DNA of 64,000 nucleotides from Perkinsus olseni (lineage: Eukaryota): assembly GCA_013115125.1 (NCBI GenBank), contig JABANN010000079.1:1-64000 (forward strand). Direction: 5' to 3'. Below, one piece after another: positions 1 through 15,300 of this stretch; the first letter of the stretch is position 1, and each line of letters opens with the position of its first letter. The notes under the pieces are model-generated. The model worked only from the letters and a program-made list of their open reading frames with translations. It was not told the DNA's origin and made no database searches. A program made the position numbers and the translations under genes.

Positions 1-348
1 GTGGGGGCGCGGCGGGCTCTTTTTGTGGGTGGCGTCTTTTTTTTTTCTACTAGAAACTAATAGGACGACTCCTCCGAGTTGGAACCCACTGAGGAAGCAA
101 CGGACGAAGGTCACTTCCACCTCCTAACACGCTAGGAGTAAATCACTTCACAGTACCATTCCACGCAGAATTGAGCAGAGAAAATACGAACGCGCTATGA
201 GGGAGGCTGAGGCAGACACTAGAACTCTGATGTGGTTCGCGGAGGCCTTCCTGAGCGCTCTAGTGCTTCCTTCGAAGCGTCAGGCTTGGTCGAGTATCCA
301 AGGTTGATGATGGAAAGAAAAGAAATTTCCAGTCACGCGAAATCTCAC

Positions 349-3300
349 CGAGTATCCAAAGCATTTGCCTGTAAAAATCAGGATCTTCCGACTCCATATC
401 GTGCCATGATACCTACGCACAAAAAACTGCATGAAATCGTGAGCGGAGCGAAGTGCCTCTCTCACCGGCTTGCCAAGCATATGCTTGTAGAAGCTCCTCG
501 TGAAGTAGCAGTCCAGCCTCTGGTTGTCGTAGATGGCCTTCCCGATGAATCGACCGCAGAACTCGAAAAATGCAAGATGATCCGGATTAGCATAGGACAT
601 GCTGTTCGGATGGAAAGTCGAGCAGTTACCACCTGAAATAAGCAGAAAACAGCTCCTACCGGGGATCGAACCTGCGAGGTATTTTCAAGAGCCTCCAACA
701 GATGCACACCGGCTTTCTCAGCATCAGCAGAATTACTGCCGATGCAATCGGACATAAGTCTTCGAATTATTGCTCCGAAAGCAGGACACTAGGACTTGAA
801 CACTCTCGCCAGCCAAGCATCGACGTCCGCTCGCCCAGCCCTCCTTACCAGCTGTACTGAAGAGTGCGTAATTGGGATTGAATATCTCCCTCGATAGGAT
901 GCCGAACCATTCTCTGACGACGCCTCCAGCATCAACAGCCTCCTCGCCAGAGAACACTATCGACAGCTTGCCGCGCATCTGATAAAAAATATCTTTTTCC
1001 ACCAGAAATTTCACAAAAAAATGCAGGAAATGTCACCCAGTCCTCTTCTACCTCCTCGGCTGTGCGCGGCCGTAGCTGATGGAAGCTGTCCATGAACACA
1101 TGGTCCCTTCGGATGTTCAGTCTGATGGGCCGCATCCCCACCCGTGGACCTGCACAACACAACTCCGACTACCCAACCATCCCTTGCCAATACCCCTCAC
1201 CCCGATTATTCATCTCCCAGTGGAAGAAGGCACGCTTGTTGTCAAAGTCAACTACATGAGGGGCGATACCTGCCCAGCACACAGCAGCCTCGTCTACGGT
1301 CCTCCCGACCTCCCAGCACTTACGGATGATGCTCATGAGCATCCGAGTAAGACTGTCTGTGGGGCGTTTGATACAGGCATTGACGGGCTTCTTGTGTCTC
1401 TCAAGGAAGGACACTAATTTTCTCATGTCCCGGCCGTAAGGCGATAGAGCGCCATCATCCGACATAGCCGATAATGATACACTGCTGGTGCTTCCTGACA
1501 CAACGGCGGCAAAAATCTATAGCGTTAAGCTCGCCAATACCAACTTTTTCGCAAATTCCAGAGTGTAAACGCTATCCTTACTCGCCGTTGCTCGGCTACT
1601 CGTCGGTAAGGCCGAGGAATCTCCCATTGGAGTGGACGCATCAGCCTCGCTACTCGAAGACGACGACGACGCTACGGAATAATGCCTCTGGCTGCCATTT
1701 TGAGAATCTACAAACGCATAGTCCAAATCGATCACCGGGGCGAGCGCTGCTGCTGCTGCTACCTCCTCTCTGACTGCCGAAAGCAACCATGAAGGCCTCC
1801 AGAAGGCCCATGATTCGATGCAGCCTTGTCGGTATTCGACGATTGGCGCCGTCCTCCGGGCCTTGGGCTTCTTCCTCCTCCTCAGGTGCTGGGGCCTCCT
1901 CTAAGGGAGTTCTGACACAGGCAGGCACATGTGATATCCCTAGACACGAAAGTGGCCGTATAATCGACAATAACAAATCGAAGCGTATCTTTCATTGTGC
2001 CAATGACACTAATCAACCTCTATGCTGCCGGCCAATCTCACCGTTCCTCATCCCCTTCCACCACACTCGAGGTCGACGATGATGGCGCAACTGCGCTCCC
2101 GGCGGCCTCCCGGGCCCTCAACTCCTCCAGCTGCCTCTGACCCTCAGTCTGGCGGATATCAATCTCGTCATAAGGCAAGAGGGCCTCGTCCAGGGCCTCC
2201 CACAGATCCATCAGACCAGGATTCGAGGTCGAGCCGGAAAGATACCTACCTCACGGAACCGTCACTGCGCCACGAAATTCCCTCGAACTTACTCAGCTAG
2301 AGTATTCCGATAGGCTGTATCGAACTCGTCCTCCGGCAAGTCGCGGCACTTGTTCCGGGCAACCTGCTTGTACGCCCCGACGAAGCGCATAAGCCTCTGC
2401 CCCGCCCGCAGCAATCTCTCGTTAGCCTCCTGAGTAAACGACACTTGGTACCACCTATTAATTACATGGGAGTTACGTTTGGAGCGGTAGGCGGAACGAC
2501 ACGAAGCTCATCCCTTCGAGAGGGCCTTTCTCACCTCAGAGTCTGTCGGTTCCTTCAACATTCCAACGATACCTTCGGCAAGTCGGCCAAGTTCCTCCGC
2601 CAGGGCCGCTCTGAGCTGGCGGCCGTGGGAATCTGATAGATCGAGATTTGGCCGGGGCCGCATCATCATCACAGTGACACTCACCGCTCTCGGCAAGAGC
2701 GACCACTAGAGCGATGCCTTTATGAAGCACTCGTTCCATTGCGAAGGGGTTCACCTGTTGATACATAGAAAATGTCAGGCGTGGGAATCGAACCCGGGAC
2801 CTTACCAAGCTGATATCCCCACTAATCTCGTAGCGAGGATCCATTCTCCCGGCGTGCGTTCGACGCTGTAAAAGATCACCCGAAGCCGGGCCAAAGACGT
2901 ACTCCATCAGCCTCTTGGCAGCGTCCGCCGATATATGCTGCATCAGCACACGCGAACGCTGGAGGGACTTCTCAGCCTGAGGTATCGGGTTCGATCCCCA
3001 GCGAAGGCATTTTTTCCTACCCTTTGTCTTTGCTTTGCCGCCAGTTGTTCTGCAGACTGGACCGCTCCAGTAGACGACCTCGGAGCAGCATCAGGCGACC
3101 TCGAGGACTCCTCGGGCGTCACAGCAACTAACAACAGTAGTGGACACACCCCCTCCCCCTTAGCTCCCTACCTGGTTTCGGTCGGTGTGGTACGATTAAC
3201 TTCGACAAGAGCAGTATGAGGTTGCCGAACGTAACCGCAGAGGCATCCAAAAGCGGTGACGAGATGATGTCCATGAGCACCTCTATCCCTGTTGGGGCCT

Positions 3301-6300
3301 TGCCTGCCGCCACCGAGGCTGAGTGGACCTAGACAGCGCGGTCCTCCGACCAATCAAGACAGCCGGGCACCCACGGGATGAATCAGCCACTCCCTCGAGC
3401 TTGGCACCCAGGTGAGGATGAACTCCACTGCCACCAACAACCGTGACGCCATCGTAGCCCGTACCTTGGCGGGGTCGTCGCCACTGGGGACCTGCAGGAA
3501 GCTGAGCAGCAGCTGATGGACATGATCGTTACCTCTAGCTTAGCGAAGGGAGGGGTATCAGGCTCGCCCAGCAATCTCGTGCACGGCATCTCCATCTCCG
3601 GGCGATTCTCATCTGTTCAGACAAGTCCTGTGAACTCTACAGCACTCTGCGGAAGTTCCAACCACATGCCGTACTAACGCCTGAACCGACCCTCCGCGAG
3701 ACATATCACAAAGCGCGCGTACAATCAATAGTAGTAGCGCGTTCTACGACAGTGACCAGAAGTAGAACCCCGAATACCAGGCCCTCACTCGACTACCGCC
3801 GGCCCACCTATCCGCACACTATCCGCCCCTTGAAGCAGTTCCAGCAGCATCCTCATGGCCGCGGTGTAGAGCCGCAGCCTCAGGGCTCTATGCAAGCACA
3901 GATGGTGCCTGACCAACGCCATGGACGGCATTCTGACGCGAGGCAAGCTTACGTTATTTCGTCCAACTTCGCCTTCAACCCCGGCAGCAGATAGCGCATC
4001 CACAGCAGGCGCAGTAGTGCATCAACAAATTCCAACGGCATCGGCGAGGGTACTTCGAATTGGTCACAAAGATGACACCTAAACCGCACAGCCTGGACTG
4101 CCAAGCGTCGGTCACCCGCCACCAGCTCACTTCCTGTCGCTGATCGCCGTATGCTCCTCCCGAGCTCCTCCACGTTCCCTAGACGATCCCATCTGGACTC
4201 CTCCCCAGGACAGAGGTCCTCCAGCGGACGCTGCCAGCTCAGAGCCACGACCCGGTGGCAGAGAGGCGTCCATCAGCCGGCTCCCATCGACCCAATGCCG
4301 GCCTCCGCCCGTGGCCTCGGAGCGCTGGAGGACGTCGAAGAGTAGATTTACCAAGGCCCTGCTGTGGCCCGTGCCACCCCCAGAAGCAGCGGGACCACCT
4401 CGGTTGGCGAAGTGTGAGGTGAGATCAAGTAGATCTGCGACGTCCCCTGCTGGTAATGTGAGCATCTGCCCCGGTTCCGCCCCAGGGCCAGCAGCAGTAC
4501 CAACATCGGCGCCTTGCCACCCGCTCCCGAGACGTATGCGTATCCTATTAGGATCCGGCGCCGCCCGGGCACCCGACTGGGGAGGGGCGCCACCGCCGCG
4601 ACGAGCACCACCACCTGACCAGACTTTTACTTAGGCATCAAGTCACTAACCGCCACAGATTGTTTCTTTCTCGATTTTCCAGAAAATTTTGGGTTTTTTT
4701 TCTCAAATTTTTTGGGTAAAAATGTGTCCGCCTAGTTCTTTGCCAAAGAGCTGGCGTGCTCGCAAGGGCGACGGAGGCCACAGACCGTCGGTGCCGATCG
4801 CGATGAGGAGGAAGTGCCTACCTCTTCCCGCAGCCGCTCCAAGTCCGGCGAAGCGCATAGCTCCTGCTCGGTCTCGTAATGCCCTAGCCTCGGCCCGAAC
4901 CTCCGCGGGTAAGGTCTCCAAGAATTGAGGCGCTGCAGTCATGAGTATCTCCTCCCTCAGCTGCGGGTCTGTCAGCGTAGCTAAGAACGTCGCATTGTCC
5001 ATACCCTAAGGCAGTGCAGCCCTCTAACCAATCACCAAACCCAGCCGGCGGCCCCTACCTCTTCTAGCGCAGGCTCTCCTGCCTCCTCCTCCTCCTGCTG
5101 TTGCTGTTGCTGCTCCCCTTCAGGAGCCCTGCTGGTGCGGCCAGCTACACTCGAATGCTGCTGCTGCTGGTGCTGCAGCCTTCTCAGCGTGGCGTTGTCG
5201 ATCTGTGCCACATGTTCCCGTATAATGTCTTCATGCATGTCCTGTGGTAGGGCCTCCAACACCGAGGCGTCGATACCCGTAGCATCCAGTAAGGCTGACG
5301 GGGCGACATTCAATCGGGCCGCTGCCGCAGTCAGGGCCGGTATCTCTACCGCTGGTGGAAGGTCAACCTCCCCAGCTTCTTCTCCGCCTTCCGCTTCCGC
5401 CTGCTGCTGCTGGTCGTCGCTAGGCTCTGCTTCGGCAGCTGCCTCCTCGGTCTCCATCGGAACAGCAGTATCCCCTCCCACCACAGCCCCCTCCTCAGGA
5501 CTGGCGGCCTGCTCTGCGACTTCTTCGTCACCACCACCAACCTCATCAGCCTCATCCATGATCACCTCCTCCGTAGAACCCTCCTCCTCCTCCCGAGGTT
5601 CCTCTGTCGCCGTTGTTGTCGTCGTGACGGCAGGCGGGGCGACTTCCTCGCTGGTCATGTGCTCCACTGCATCCGGCACGCCCTGCACAGTATCGTCTAT
5701 GTCAGGTTGGGCAGGGGGCAGCACGCCCGGATGACCGGTTCGAGACGACCCTCCAGCAGGGGGCGGCTGGAGCTGCCCGACGCTGGTGCCGGTGTGCGAG
5801 CGGGCTATGAGAGGATGCTCTCCCGGAGCCTGGACGTCGAAAGACCACAGAGGTTCGATCCCATCAAACGACATCCTCCTATTTCTCCGCAACCTCTGAT
5901 TGTTATTGTGGCTCATCTCCCTCACAGCCGAGTCGAAAATACTAAAGACTCGCCGGGAATTCCCTCCGCCGCTGCTGCCTGCCGGGCCTCCCCCTGGGAC
6001 CCCTGCGGAGACCCACCGGACTTCTCTACCACCGCCCATAACTCCCCGCATGCTCCTAGGCCCTCCTCTGAGGTGTCTAGGCTGGAGCAAGTTCACTTCC
6101 TCCTCATCGTCGTCATCACTACCACCGATGTGGAAGAAGGAATCTGAGAAGAGGACTCTACCCCAAGGCACCCGGTATCATCAGGCTCACCGTCCTCAAC
6201 CTCATCACCACCCATCATGTCAGCTAAGGCATCCTCAAAGTCCATATCCTAACACAGACACACTGCCGCTCCCACCACCGCATAAAACTGCTACAATCAC

Positions 6301-9300
6301 AACTACTACTACTATTCAGTCAGTAGGCATCCATCGGAGGACGTGCCCGCCTCGAATAACAGTGAACTTATGTCAGTGCGCTCAGTTCATAGCGGCCTCA
6401 TGAGCGCGCTTCCATACACCATCACTATTACTACCCCTATTTCGTCTAAGTCCACGTCGGGCATGTCGTCAAGAGTATTGTCCTCAGCCATGAACTCAGC
6501 CGCCTCGAAGAGTTCCTCGTCCTCCTCATCCTCATCATCGCCACTAGGCTGTTCTGATGACTCTATCCCCGCCATAGCAGCATCCTCGCCACTCGAGCTA
6601 TCATCAGTGGGCAAACCATCACCTAGCACCACGTTACTCCAAGGGCAGCCACTGGGCCGTACCCTACCTTCCCGCGGGGCAGCAGCAGCAGCAGCAGCAG
6701 CCGTCAGTGGCGCCACGTCCATGGCATCATCCACGCTCGATCGATCAGCCTCCTCCTCATCGAGCTGGCTGTCGGATCCGGCGCCCGGGCCCCCATCAGG
6801 CTCGTCACCATCATCAACCTCCTCTACGATTTCAACATGGATCTCCTGCGGCTGCTCCTGCTGCGCATCCGACGCCACAGCCGCACCGCCATCCCGTATA
6901 ATTTCGTGGCGCGGTGACGATTGACCGGAAGAGTCTCCAACAGAATCAGCCCGGGCAACATCACTCGACCGCCTTCCTCTTGGCAAAACATTGGCGCTCT
7001 CAGGGAACTCAGGGCATCTCGTCAGCGGAACCAGCGGCTCCAACATACTCTAACAAAAGTGCCAAAAGCTACAGCGGAGCGAAGCACACCGACGCCCACT
7101 ACCTCTGCCACGAAAGGGCTATACGGTTGGTCCAACTGCAGGGAGCTGAGGGCGTCTCCCAGCCAGACCTTGGCCTCCCGGACCCTCTCCGTCTGATAGG
7201 CCGCGACGTCGGATGCGCCCGGGAGCTGGGGACGCCCGTCCAAGACGAAGTGCTCTTCACCGTCCTGCCCTCTGCACTTCGTCAGTTGCATGCTATATCT
7301 AAAAATACGCAAACAATCCACGAAAAACAGGCGGAGCGAAGCGGATATTCCTACATCAAGTAAGCCCGAGCCATGAGCCTCGCCGCCTCTGCCGCACCCT
7401 CCGAAGGGACCGTACCATCCCCCTCGCCACTCGGCTTCAGTGGATGCTGTCTCTGTGGAATGCTAGCATCAACCTTGGGTACGTCCTTCTCCCCGACGCC
7501 CTCGAAGGCATCCGACAGGCTCTGGGCAGCAACAACAGTTCGACAGGGCAATTACTCCTAAGGCGTCCCTACCTTCCACAGCACGTCCGAGATCTGCCGA
7601 ACAACCTCTTCAGTGCGGCCAGAGTTCAGGACAGCAACGAAGAGCCACTCCTGGGCCAATGCCCCTGCCCACAGACTGGCTTGGCTGTGAGCAGCGTGAT
7701 CTCCTACTACCGCGGAGAGAGCGCAAAGGCCACCACCTACACCGACGATCACTCTCATCGCCCATCACCGTCAATTCTGTCCGCAACGAGACGCCTATGA
7801 GGTCCCACCTATGAAGTCCAGGAGGCAGCTGCCGGTGTTCTGAGCCATCCACGTGAAGCAGTCAGTGTCCATCCAGGGTTGTCGACCCTCCCCTTCCAAG
7901 AACCTCTCTGGTATCGCCGGGTCGAACATCAGTTCGGGCAGGACGTGCTTCACCTCCAGCGTTTGACATAATTTCTGAGAACAAGCAAGCTCGTAAGATT
8001 CCTGCTACACGCACGCGCAAGAATCTTCACTTCAACCCAAACAGTGAGTGTAGCAGAAGATACCCTCACGTCCCCAGAAGGCCGACAGAGAAATTCCCGC
8101 GCGCCACAAAACCCTACACTGAGGAGGAAGAGCATCTGCTCAGCTCCATTGGCCAGTTTCGCTTCGCCGGACGCAGCGTAGGCGATCTCCTCATTGGCTT
8201 GGTAATGCGCAGCACTCGTCGTCATCGCTGGACCAATACCACGTCCAACCATGCAAACGCCTAACATCACCGTCACGCGCCACGAAAATAGTTCACCGGT
8301 ACTTACGAAGTGCCACTAGGATAGTCGACACTGTCTTTGCCAAGTTGTGTGGAGTGACCATCTTCGGTGGTTCCGAAGATGTCTCGCTCATGGGGCGGTC
8401 ACCCTAACGGAAGGACGCGTAAGGGGAGACCTCAAGCCAGGCACAGTACGTTAGTTCTCCGATCAGTCCTCACCAAGGCTTCGGCCTCTTCGACCACCTC
8501 GTCGCGAAGCGCGATCCATCCGTCATCTGACAATGTCCCCGGTTCGATCCCCGCACCATGCATTTCTCCTACTAAAATGACAGTATTTGGTGTACTTCCT
8601 CAAAGCCTTCTTTATGATACTGCCAACATCGCGGCCAATGCAGGTCGGAGCCAGCTTCTCGGCCATGGCCTCTACGATATCTCTCGTCTTGGCCCAGGGC
8701 CGACCATCGGATACTCGAACATAATCGTTATGAGTAGCAAGATACCGCAGAACAATAGGTTTCGCCTCGGCCTAATAGAAGCGCATCTTCTAATTCTTTG
8801 CTGTGCGTAACGCTGGTCCTACCTCCACAATGTAGTCGTCGTCTCGGCAAATGTTCAGCATCACCGTTTTGAGGTGGGCCAACATACCAGGGTAACTGAA
8901 AACCACCGTAAAACGCCGAAAAAAAGGAAAAAACCCGGCGAGAAGTTCTCCAAAATCAGAAAATTCCCCCGAAAAGTCCCCAAAAATCCGAAAATTCCGT
9001 CAAAAAGTTCCCGAAAATTAGAGAATTCTACAGAAAAGTGCCCAAAATTACGAAAATTCTGCTGAAAAGTTGCCAAAAAATAACTTAAGACTGACAGAGG
9101 CTCCGTAAAGCCAGCAGATCCATCATGGTACACTGAACTCGTAAGATTCTTCCATCTTCAACTTCAGTCCCCCTACCTTGAGATTTGGGGCAAGGTGAGC
9201 AACAACCACAGCCCTCCACTGTTAAGGACCTCTGTGGCACACTCATAGTATCTTGTCGTCTCCGCCAAGCACATGAGGAGGGCCTGGCTCTGCATAGGGT

Positions 9301-12300
9301 CCATCAACGGCTTCCTCTCAGCAACTCTGACCAAGGCCTTGGTCAATGACAGCATGGTATCACGGCCATTGGGCAGTCCAACCAGGCAACCTGACCGCAC
9401 AGGCGAGGTTCCACATTACACGGCATGGCGCATTCCATTCGCAGTTCTCCGAAGGCATAGACTTTGCAACCTTTGCGGGTTTTATGCTTTGAGTACCTTC
9501 CGGCGTATCTTAGGTAGGTTTCCCATTAGGCGTACCTTCGTCCCGAGATTCACAATCGCACAGGAGCCCTACGTACCATGAGAGGACTAAGTTCATTGAC
9601 AATATCTCGTTTTTTATGCAAAATTCTCATTTCGTTCAGTACAAGCGGGCATCCTAGCATACATCTCGACTAATTCTGAGCAATCTTGGACCCACCACAG
9701 CGATTTTCGTGCTCTCCATGCTATCCTCAACCCACTACTACCCAGCCATTTGTGGACGCACACCAGCACCGTCGAGAGCCACTTAGGAGGCATCCGTGCC
9801 TTATCTTCCTCCGACAGTGGCAAGTTGGCCAGCTCCTCCCCCACAGAGGAAGGCGACGACTCTCCAACCACCGCGCCGTTGGCGTCACGCTTCCGTAAAG
9901 GCTTGGCGAAGGGGGCAATCTGGGAAGGAACAGCTCAACCATCACTGAGGAACGCCAATCCACCGACCTTCACACCGCCTACGACCGTCACCCTAGGATC
10001 GACCTGCGCCTCGTCGGAGCCGCCTCCACTGGCCACCAATTCGACAAGCCTCTGGGCGAAGCTCGGGCCCATCTCTGTTATCTCATTGGACACCACTGCT
10101 GCGTTGGCATGGGTAAGGCAGCATAAAACGTGAGCAGCAATTCCTGAGCCGGGAATATCCTAGGTTAAAGCGTGGAACAAACATGAATAAAGATACTCCC
10201 AATTGTAACAAGTCACCAGTAGCCAACTTACTGGTCAGCCTTTCGGAAGCATCCTCGGCCACTACTGCCTCCAGACAAACTCTCGCTATATGACGACAAT
10301 TCAACCGTGCCAAGTCATTACTCCCTGCTCCATCACCCTCAACTGCTGGACCTGAAACGAAGCGTCACGCGCCACGAAATTCCCCCGCCCTACCTAGCCT
10401 AATCAGCTTGTTTCCAGTCAGCCTAACGCACACATCCGCTATGTGAGTCTGTGCGCTGATGGACTGCGTCCGCCCCTTCTCTCCCAGGACCAACGCCCGC
10501 CTCATCACGTCGCTGGCCACGTCCTTGCTGCAGGCAATAACTTCCTCTTTATCTAAGGAGAAATGCATCCACCAGGAATCGAACCCGGGTCGAAAACTCA
10601 CCCTCATAAGCCTTCCAATCACTCCCACTTGCGCTGAAGTGCTCCAAGTCCAGTATGAATTCATCCGCTCTCCTAACATCTTCTTCCTCTACAGGATTGC
10701 TTTCACTGCCCTCATCAGCACTCTCCTCCATGCCATCTTCGGGAGGGTCACCACAACTTCTTGCCGGCGGCGACTCGGAAGACCCAACCTCGCTCAGGGG
10801 AGGCAGAACAACCGGGGGCCGCCGAGCTGAAGGTTGATGGGGCGTCGACATCGGTGCTGAGAACAGAAAGAAATCTCAACAATTATGCCGGGTGAACGGC
10901 GGTTTTACCGTGAGTGAAAAGGTCCGACTGCGCAGAATTCACGAGACTATGAGCAGAATCGGAAATAAGGAAACATGCGACTACGCGGAGAGGTTGCAAA
11001 AAGCAACTGCAGGGTGTGGAGTTCGAACCCGCGACCTAGGCTACCCGTCAGCTCACCTCGGCCGTCGTCAGAAGCGCCTTGCCCGCGACCTGTTGGAGCC
11101 TCGGGGGAGCTCGGCCTGCTACTAGAGCGGAGGAGGGATCGATCGGGCTCCAGAACATGAGTCAAGGCCTTCAATAGTGATGCTGCCGCCTTCGCTGGGA
11201 TGCACTCTATGACCTGGTGGAGCGTTGAGGAAACGCAAGATTGCAAGTGACCTCTCACCGTATCATCCCTCCATTTTGAGACGAATGACGATGCAAACGT
11301 GTACTGCAAAGACGATACCAACCCAACCGTATCTGCCGCAAACCTTCACCGCGCCACGAAATTCAACCCCAGCACATACTGAAGTCAAGCAACGGCTTCA
11401 TCTTCTCCTTCTGGTCTTCTCTAACGTAAGGCCCCAAGGACTGGTGAGCTCTACTCAGCTCCGTCGTGATGGCGGCATTGTGCAACCGCTTCACGCTGGT
11501 GGTCCGCTCGAACCACCAAAGGACATGTTGTACTGCTTCCGACAGGACGTTCAACGAGGAAGTGAAGGGAGTAGCCTCACCCTCTGCGCCTGATAGACCG
11601 CAGGTTCGATCCCCGAGACATGCATTTCTAACAAACGGTCGTATCATCCCTTCCCCTAGGTTATCACCTGAGGGCTCATCACCGAGCCGCTGCAGCATGT
11701 CCAACGCTAGCAGGAGAATCTCCATGAGCAGGTCAGCTCCGTGTAGTTTATAAAAAGCATCGAGGCATAGAGACCGTATCATATGATGACGATCTTCTAC
11801 ATGGACCTTACCTGAACCAACGGGAGTAATGCACCCGGGTTCAATCCTACCACCCGACACTTACACAAGAGCTCCACTACGTCGGCCATAAGGTGAATGT
11901 TATGATGAGATCCACTGGGGTCCATGGTTATGCTGTCGTCTAAATCGGGATACTGAGGAGACAAAGGAGTGGTATGAACTCGCTAGCATGCATAATATAG
12001 AAAGAAACCACACGGGGAACTGCAAGTTTCATCAACTCAATATGAATATTCCTACCTAGGTCACCATGACAGTTACCACACGGTATTCCAGTGGAAGCAG
12101 TAGAGCACCTCGCTACTAACCGACAGGTCTCGCGTTCAATCCCCATGCCCCCCGCCCTATCACGACAACACCCTACTGTCGACAGGGCCTTCTGCAGCAT
12201 CTTTCTCCCCATAACCGCCAACAGCAGCGCGCAATGCCTCGACTGGACCGATACCGTCACTCTGGTCACAGTACCTGTTAACATGACCGTGCCAACACTG

Positions 12301-15300
12301 ACACGGCAGCGGCATACACTACCCTGACTCTCTGAAGCAGCACGAGGCTGGCCGCGACTGCGACTGAGGGTTCGGTGGGGATAGTTGACAACTCGGCTGA
12401 TCTGACATGATGGAAATAAAGACGATGGTTGAGTAGAGCAGGAGATGCCTTACTTGAGAGAGCAGCACGCGTGCTGACAACCAGCAGGTCAAGGCAACAT
12501 CCATGGATATGTCATAGTCTGGTGAGGCCTGACAAGTATCCTAGCTTCACTCATGCCTCATACACTGTAGCAAGATATAGAGGGTTTCGGAACTCCGCGA
12601 AAAACTACAAAAATTTCTGATTCTCTACGCGAAATCCGTTCAAGGTGAGATTCGAAGTAGCTAGACCAAGAACACGAGTAAGCCTTCGCCAGAATCCACT
12701 GCAGCTCCTCGGACCCAAGAGTTCGCCGCACGCTCAGCGAACCACTGACTTTGTCGTCTCCGATGATGACAAGGTAAATTTGACCCTGCTGAGGGTGGCG
12801 GGAGCCTATCTCAGGCTCCCTCCCCACTCACCCGAATTTCAGCCCAAGTTTCCCGAGCTAATGGCGCGGTGTGGTTGAGAAGCAATCAAAACTTCTCACC
12901 GAAACGGACTCTGGTGGCCAAGGTGAAGGCATGCGTTCGCTAGCTCGAGGGTGTTCAGGTGAGCCCCAGGTATGTATAAGGGGACTAACGAGTGGCTCCA
13001 CGTGATCAACCGGCGAGATCAAATATCCCTGGTGAAATTCAGTTACACACAGGTCATCCGACTTCCGACGGACCTCGAGCTCTCAATAGCGGCACTCGCC
13101 GACTGGAAACGTCATCTTCGGAGTGTTTATTCCGGGATACTCGCCATATCACCGAAAATTAGGCTCGGCGTTGAGGAATTGTAAGAGTTCAAGATCGACC
13201 AAGGAGGCTCTAAACACCCTTCACTACCAATCGATCCTTCATCTCTCGCATACAAACGTTGAATTGATAATTGAACTGATCCGGAGCATGCGGGCCGCCC
13301 TGAGGGAGGACATCCTCCAGAAATGCTACAACTACGACCACAACCTACTGGTGGTAGAGCGAGCCTCGACCGATGAGCCGACAATTCAGCTGCTAGACTC
13401 GCCATGTGCCGCTGCTGGAGGTTGGCTAAAAAGAAAAACCACGTCACTTTCCGCTCCATTCAACCGGCAAGGTGAGCTGATCTGAATCATCCCAGCTTCA
13501 ACCTAAGATTCGCGACGCACGCCCGTTATTACTGGCAGCCGTTTTGACTGCAGTCCGGTCCTTTTCTCGCTGTAACTCCCTCTCGCTTCGCTCCGCCGGA
13601 GACAATTTTGAATTAACAGCATACTGAAGTGGGATTCATCAAAGCACTCCTACGCTCACTCAGTGTACTTACCAAGAGATCTGTGAGAAAGTTGGTATCC
13701 ACGATCATCACCCTCAGAAGCTCCGCGAAGCATTCAACTGAAAAGTAACACCGATGCCTGCTGTCTCCATGGCCGCTCATCCACAACTTTCAATTATGCA
13801 ACTTTTGCCCATACCACTCCATCCCCAACGAGTTCCATAATATATCTCTACCCGGCGTGATGCTAACTCACTCATACGCCCATCCTAGTACCAGTATCCT
13901 CATGCAAGCTAGAGCTGCTGTCCTTCAAGGCCGTGGCCAACAGCGACATGAGCGTACCAACTTTATGCCACTTCTTCTCCTGCAACATATCCTCATCTCG
14001 GAGTATCCTAATCGAAGCATCCACAAAGGCTTGGGGCCACTTGTATCTAACAGTACTGTTCAAAGAGGTCGCCGACAGGACAGGCAGTGATGCTACAGTT
14101 TGTAGCCTCGGACCGACAAGAGCTCTGACTCGCTAGAAGGGTCCTCGCTGTAGAATTGGGTATGACGAGCATGATGCTGATGATTGAAGTGAGCTACTTG
14201 CTTCACCAAAGTTAGTATCTGGCAAGCCAGCAAAGGTACCAATCATATTCTGATAGAAATACTGCAAAATCGCCTCCTAGTAGCAACTCTCGAACCAGCC
14301 AAGGTAGTGCAGAGCCCATATACCCGAGACCATAATAACATCATCATCCCGGATCCCCAGACCATTTCTCACCGGATGTCCGTAAGTCATGTGACCCCAA
14401 CAGACTGGGAGTTTATCACTAATCGCGGCCTCCGCTACTTTCTCCATACCACCCGACTCAACGAAGAGGCAGGAGCTGTCCAGACCATCAAGGACCCTGT
14501 CCACGATGAACCTGTCGAGGCCACGCGTAGAGCCTCCCCTCCCAGGCCCATCCTTTGTAGCTCACCGGCAAGCATTGGCGAACTCGTCTATGTAAGTGTT
14601 ATGCACAAAGTCGATGTAAACCGGTTCGCCTTGGTAGTTTCTAGGCCCTACTGGCTCTGAGTTGACCATCTCCTCCGCTACTGATCGTAGCGTACCATCA
14701 CTCCATGTCCGAGCAACATCTGCAACAAAACCAGTTAGTAAGATCATCGCGCGGACTCATAGAGCTCTTCAGACGCACATTTTCCAGTCGATAATAGCAT
14801 CTTGACGGCTCTGACTAAGCCAGCCAAGTTAACAACAAACGTACTATTGAATACCTCTCTAGCCCCAACAGGATCATCATGAGGCTGCACCACTCAGTAA
14901 CGCTCCGGCAGCACAGTATCATTATGAAACATCTATCGAACAGTAATCCCTAAGAAACATTCCGAACGGTTCTGTTGTAGACGGGCTTCGAATCATGATA
15001 ATATGAAGAACCCGGAAACGAATAACTTTCTCTATCGGATGGCGTCCGCGACAAACGCTCTCTCGTCGCACTTCTTATGCGAGTAACGCAAATCATAGTT
15101 TCTTCTTCATAATCGGTGAAATACTTTTCCGGCGATAACCACAAGTCCACATAATCTACCCAGAAATCTCCAAGCGAAATTATGCCAGGCAAATTCCCCG
15201 ACAGGATTGCCCAACCACCAACGGCAATAGCACCAGAAAGGAACGATGCACTCGAAAATTCACCCTGGTTCCAATGCTGCGCCCTCGTCTCACCTTCGTT

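Noticed and set aside
1-348. Apparent truncation of the HECT domain (no catalytic C-lobe) and a possible short plus-strand ORF ending at 307
   Set aside because: A good GT donor at 348 opens an intron that can run off the window edge, so truncation cannot be claimed. The plus-strand peptide has no recognisable homology or consistent splice phase.
5135-6924. Long plus-strand Ser/Ala-rich ORFs
   Set aside because: They are antisense shadows of the acidic low-complexity exons of the HECT ligase.
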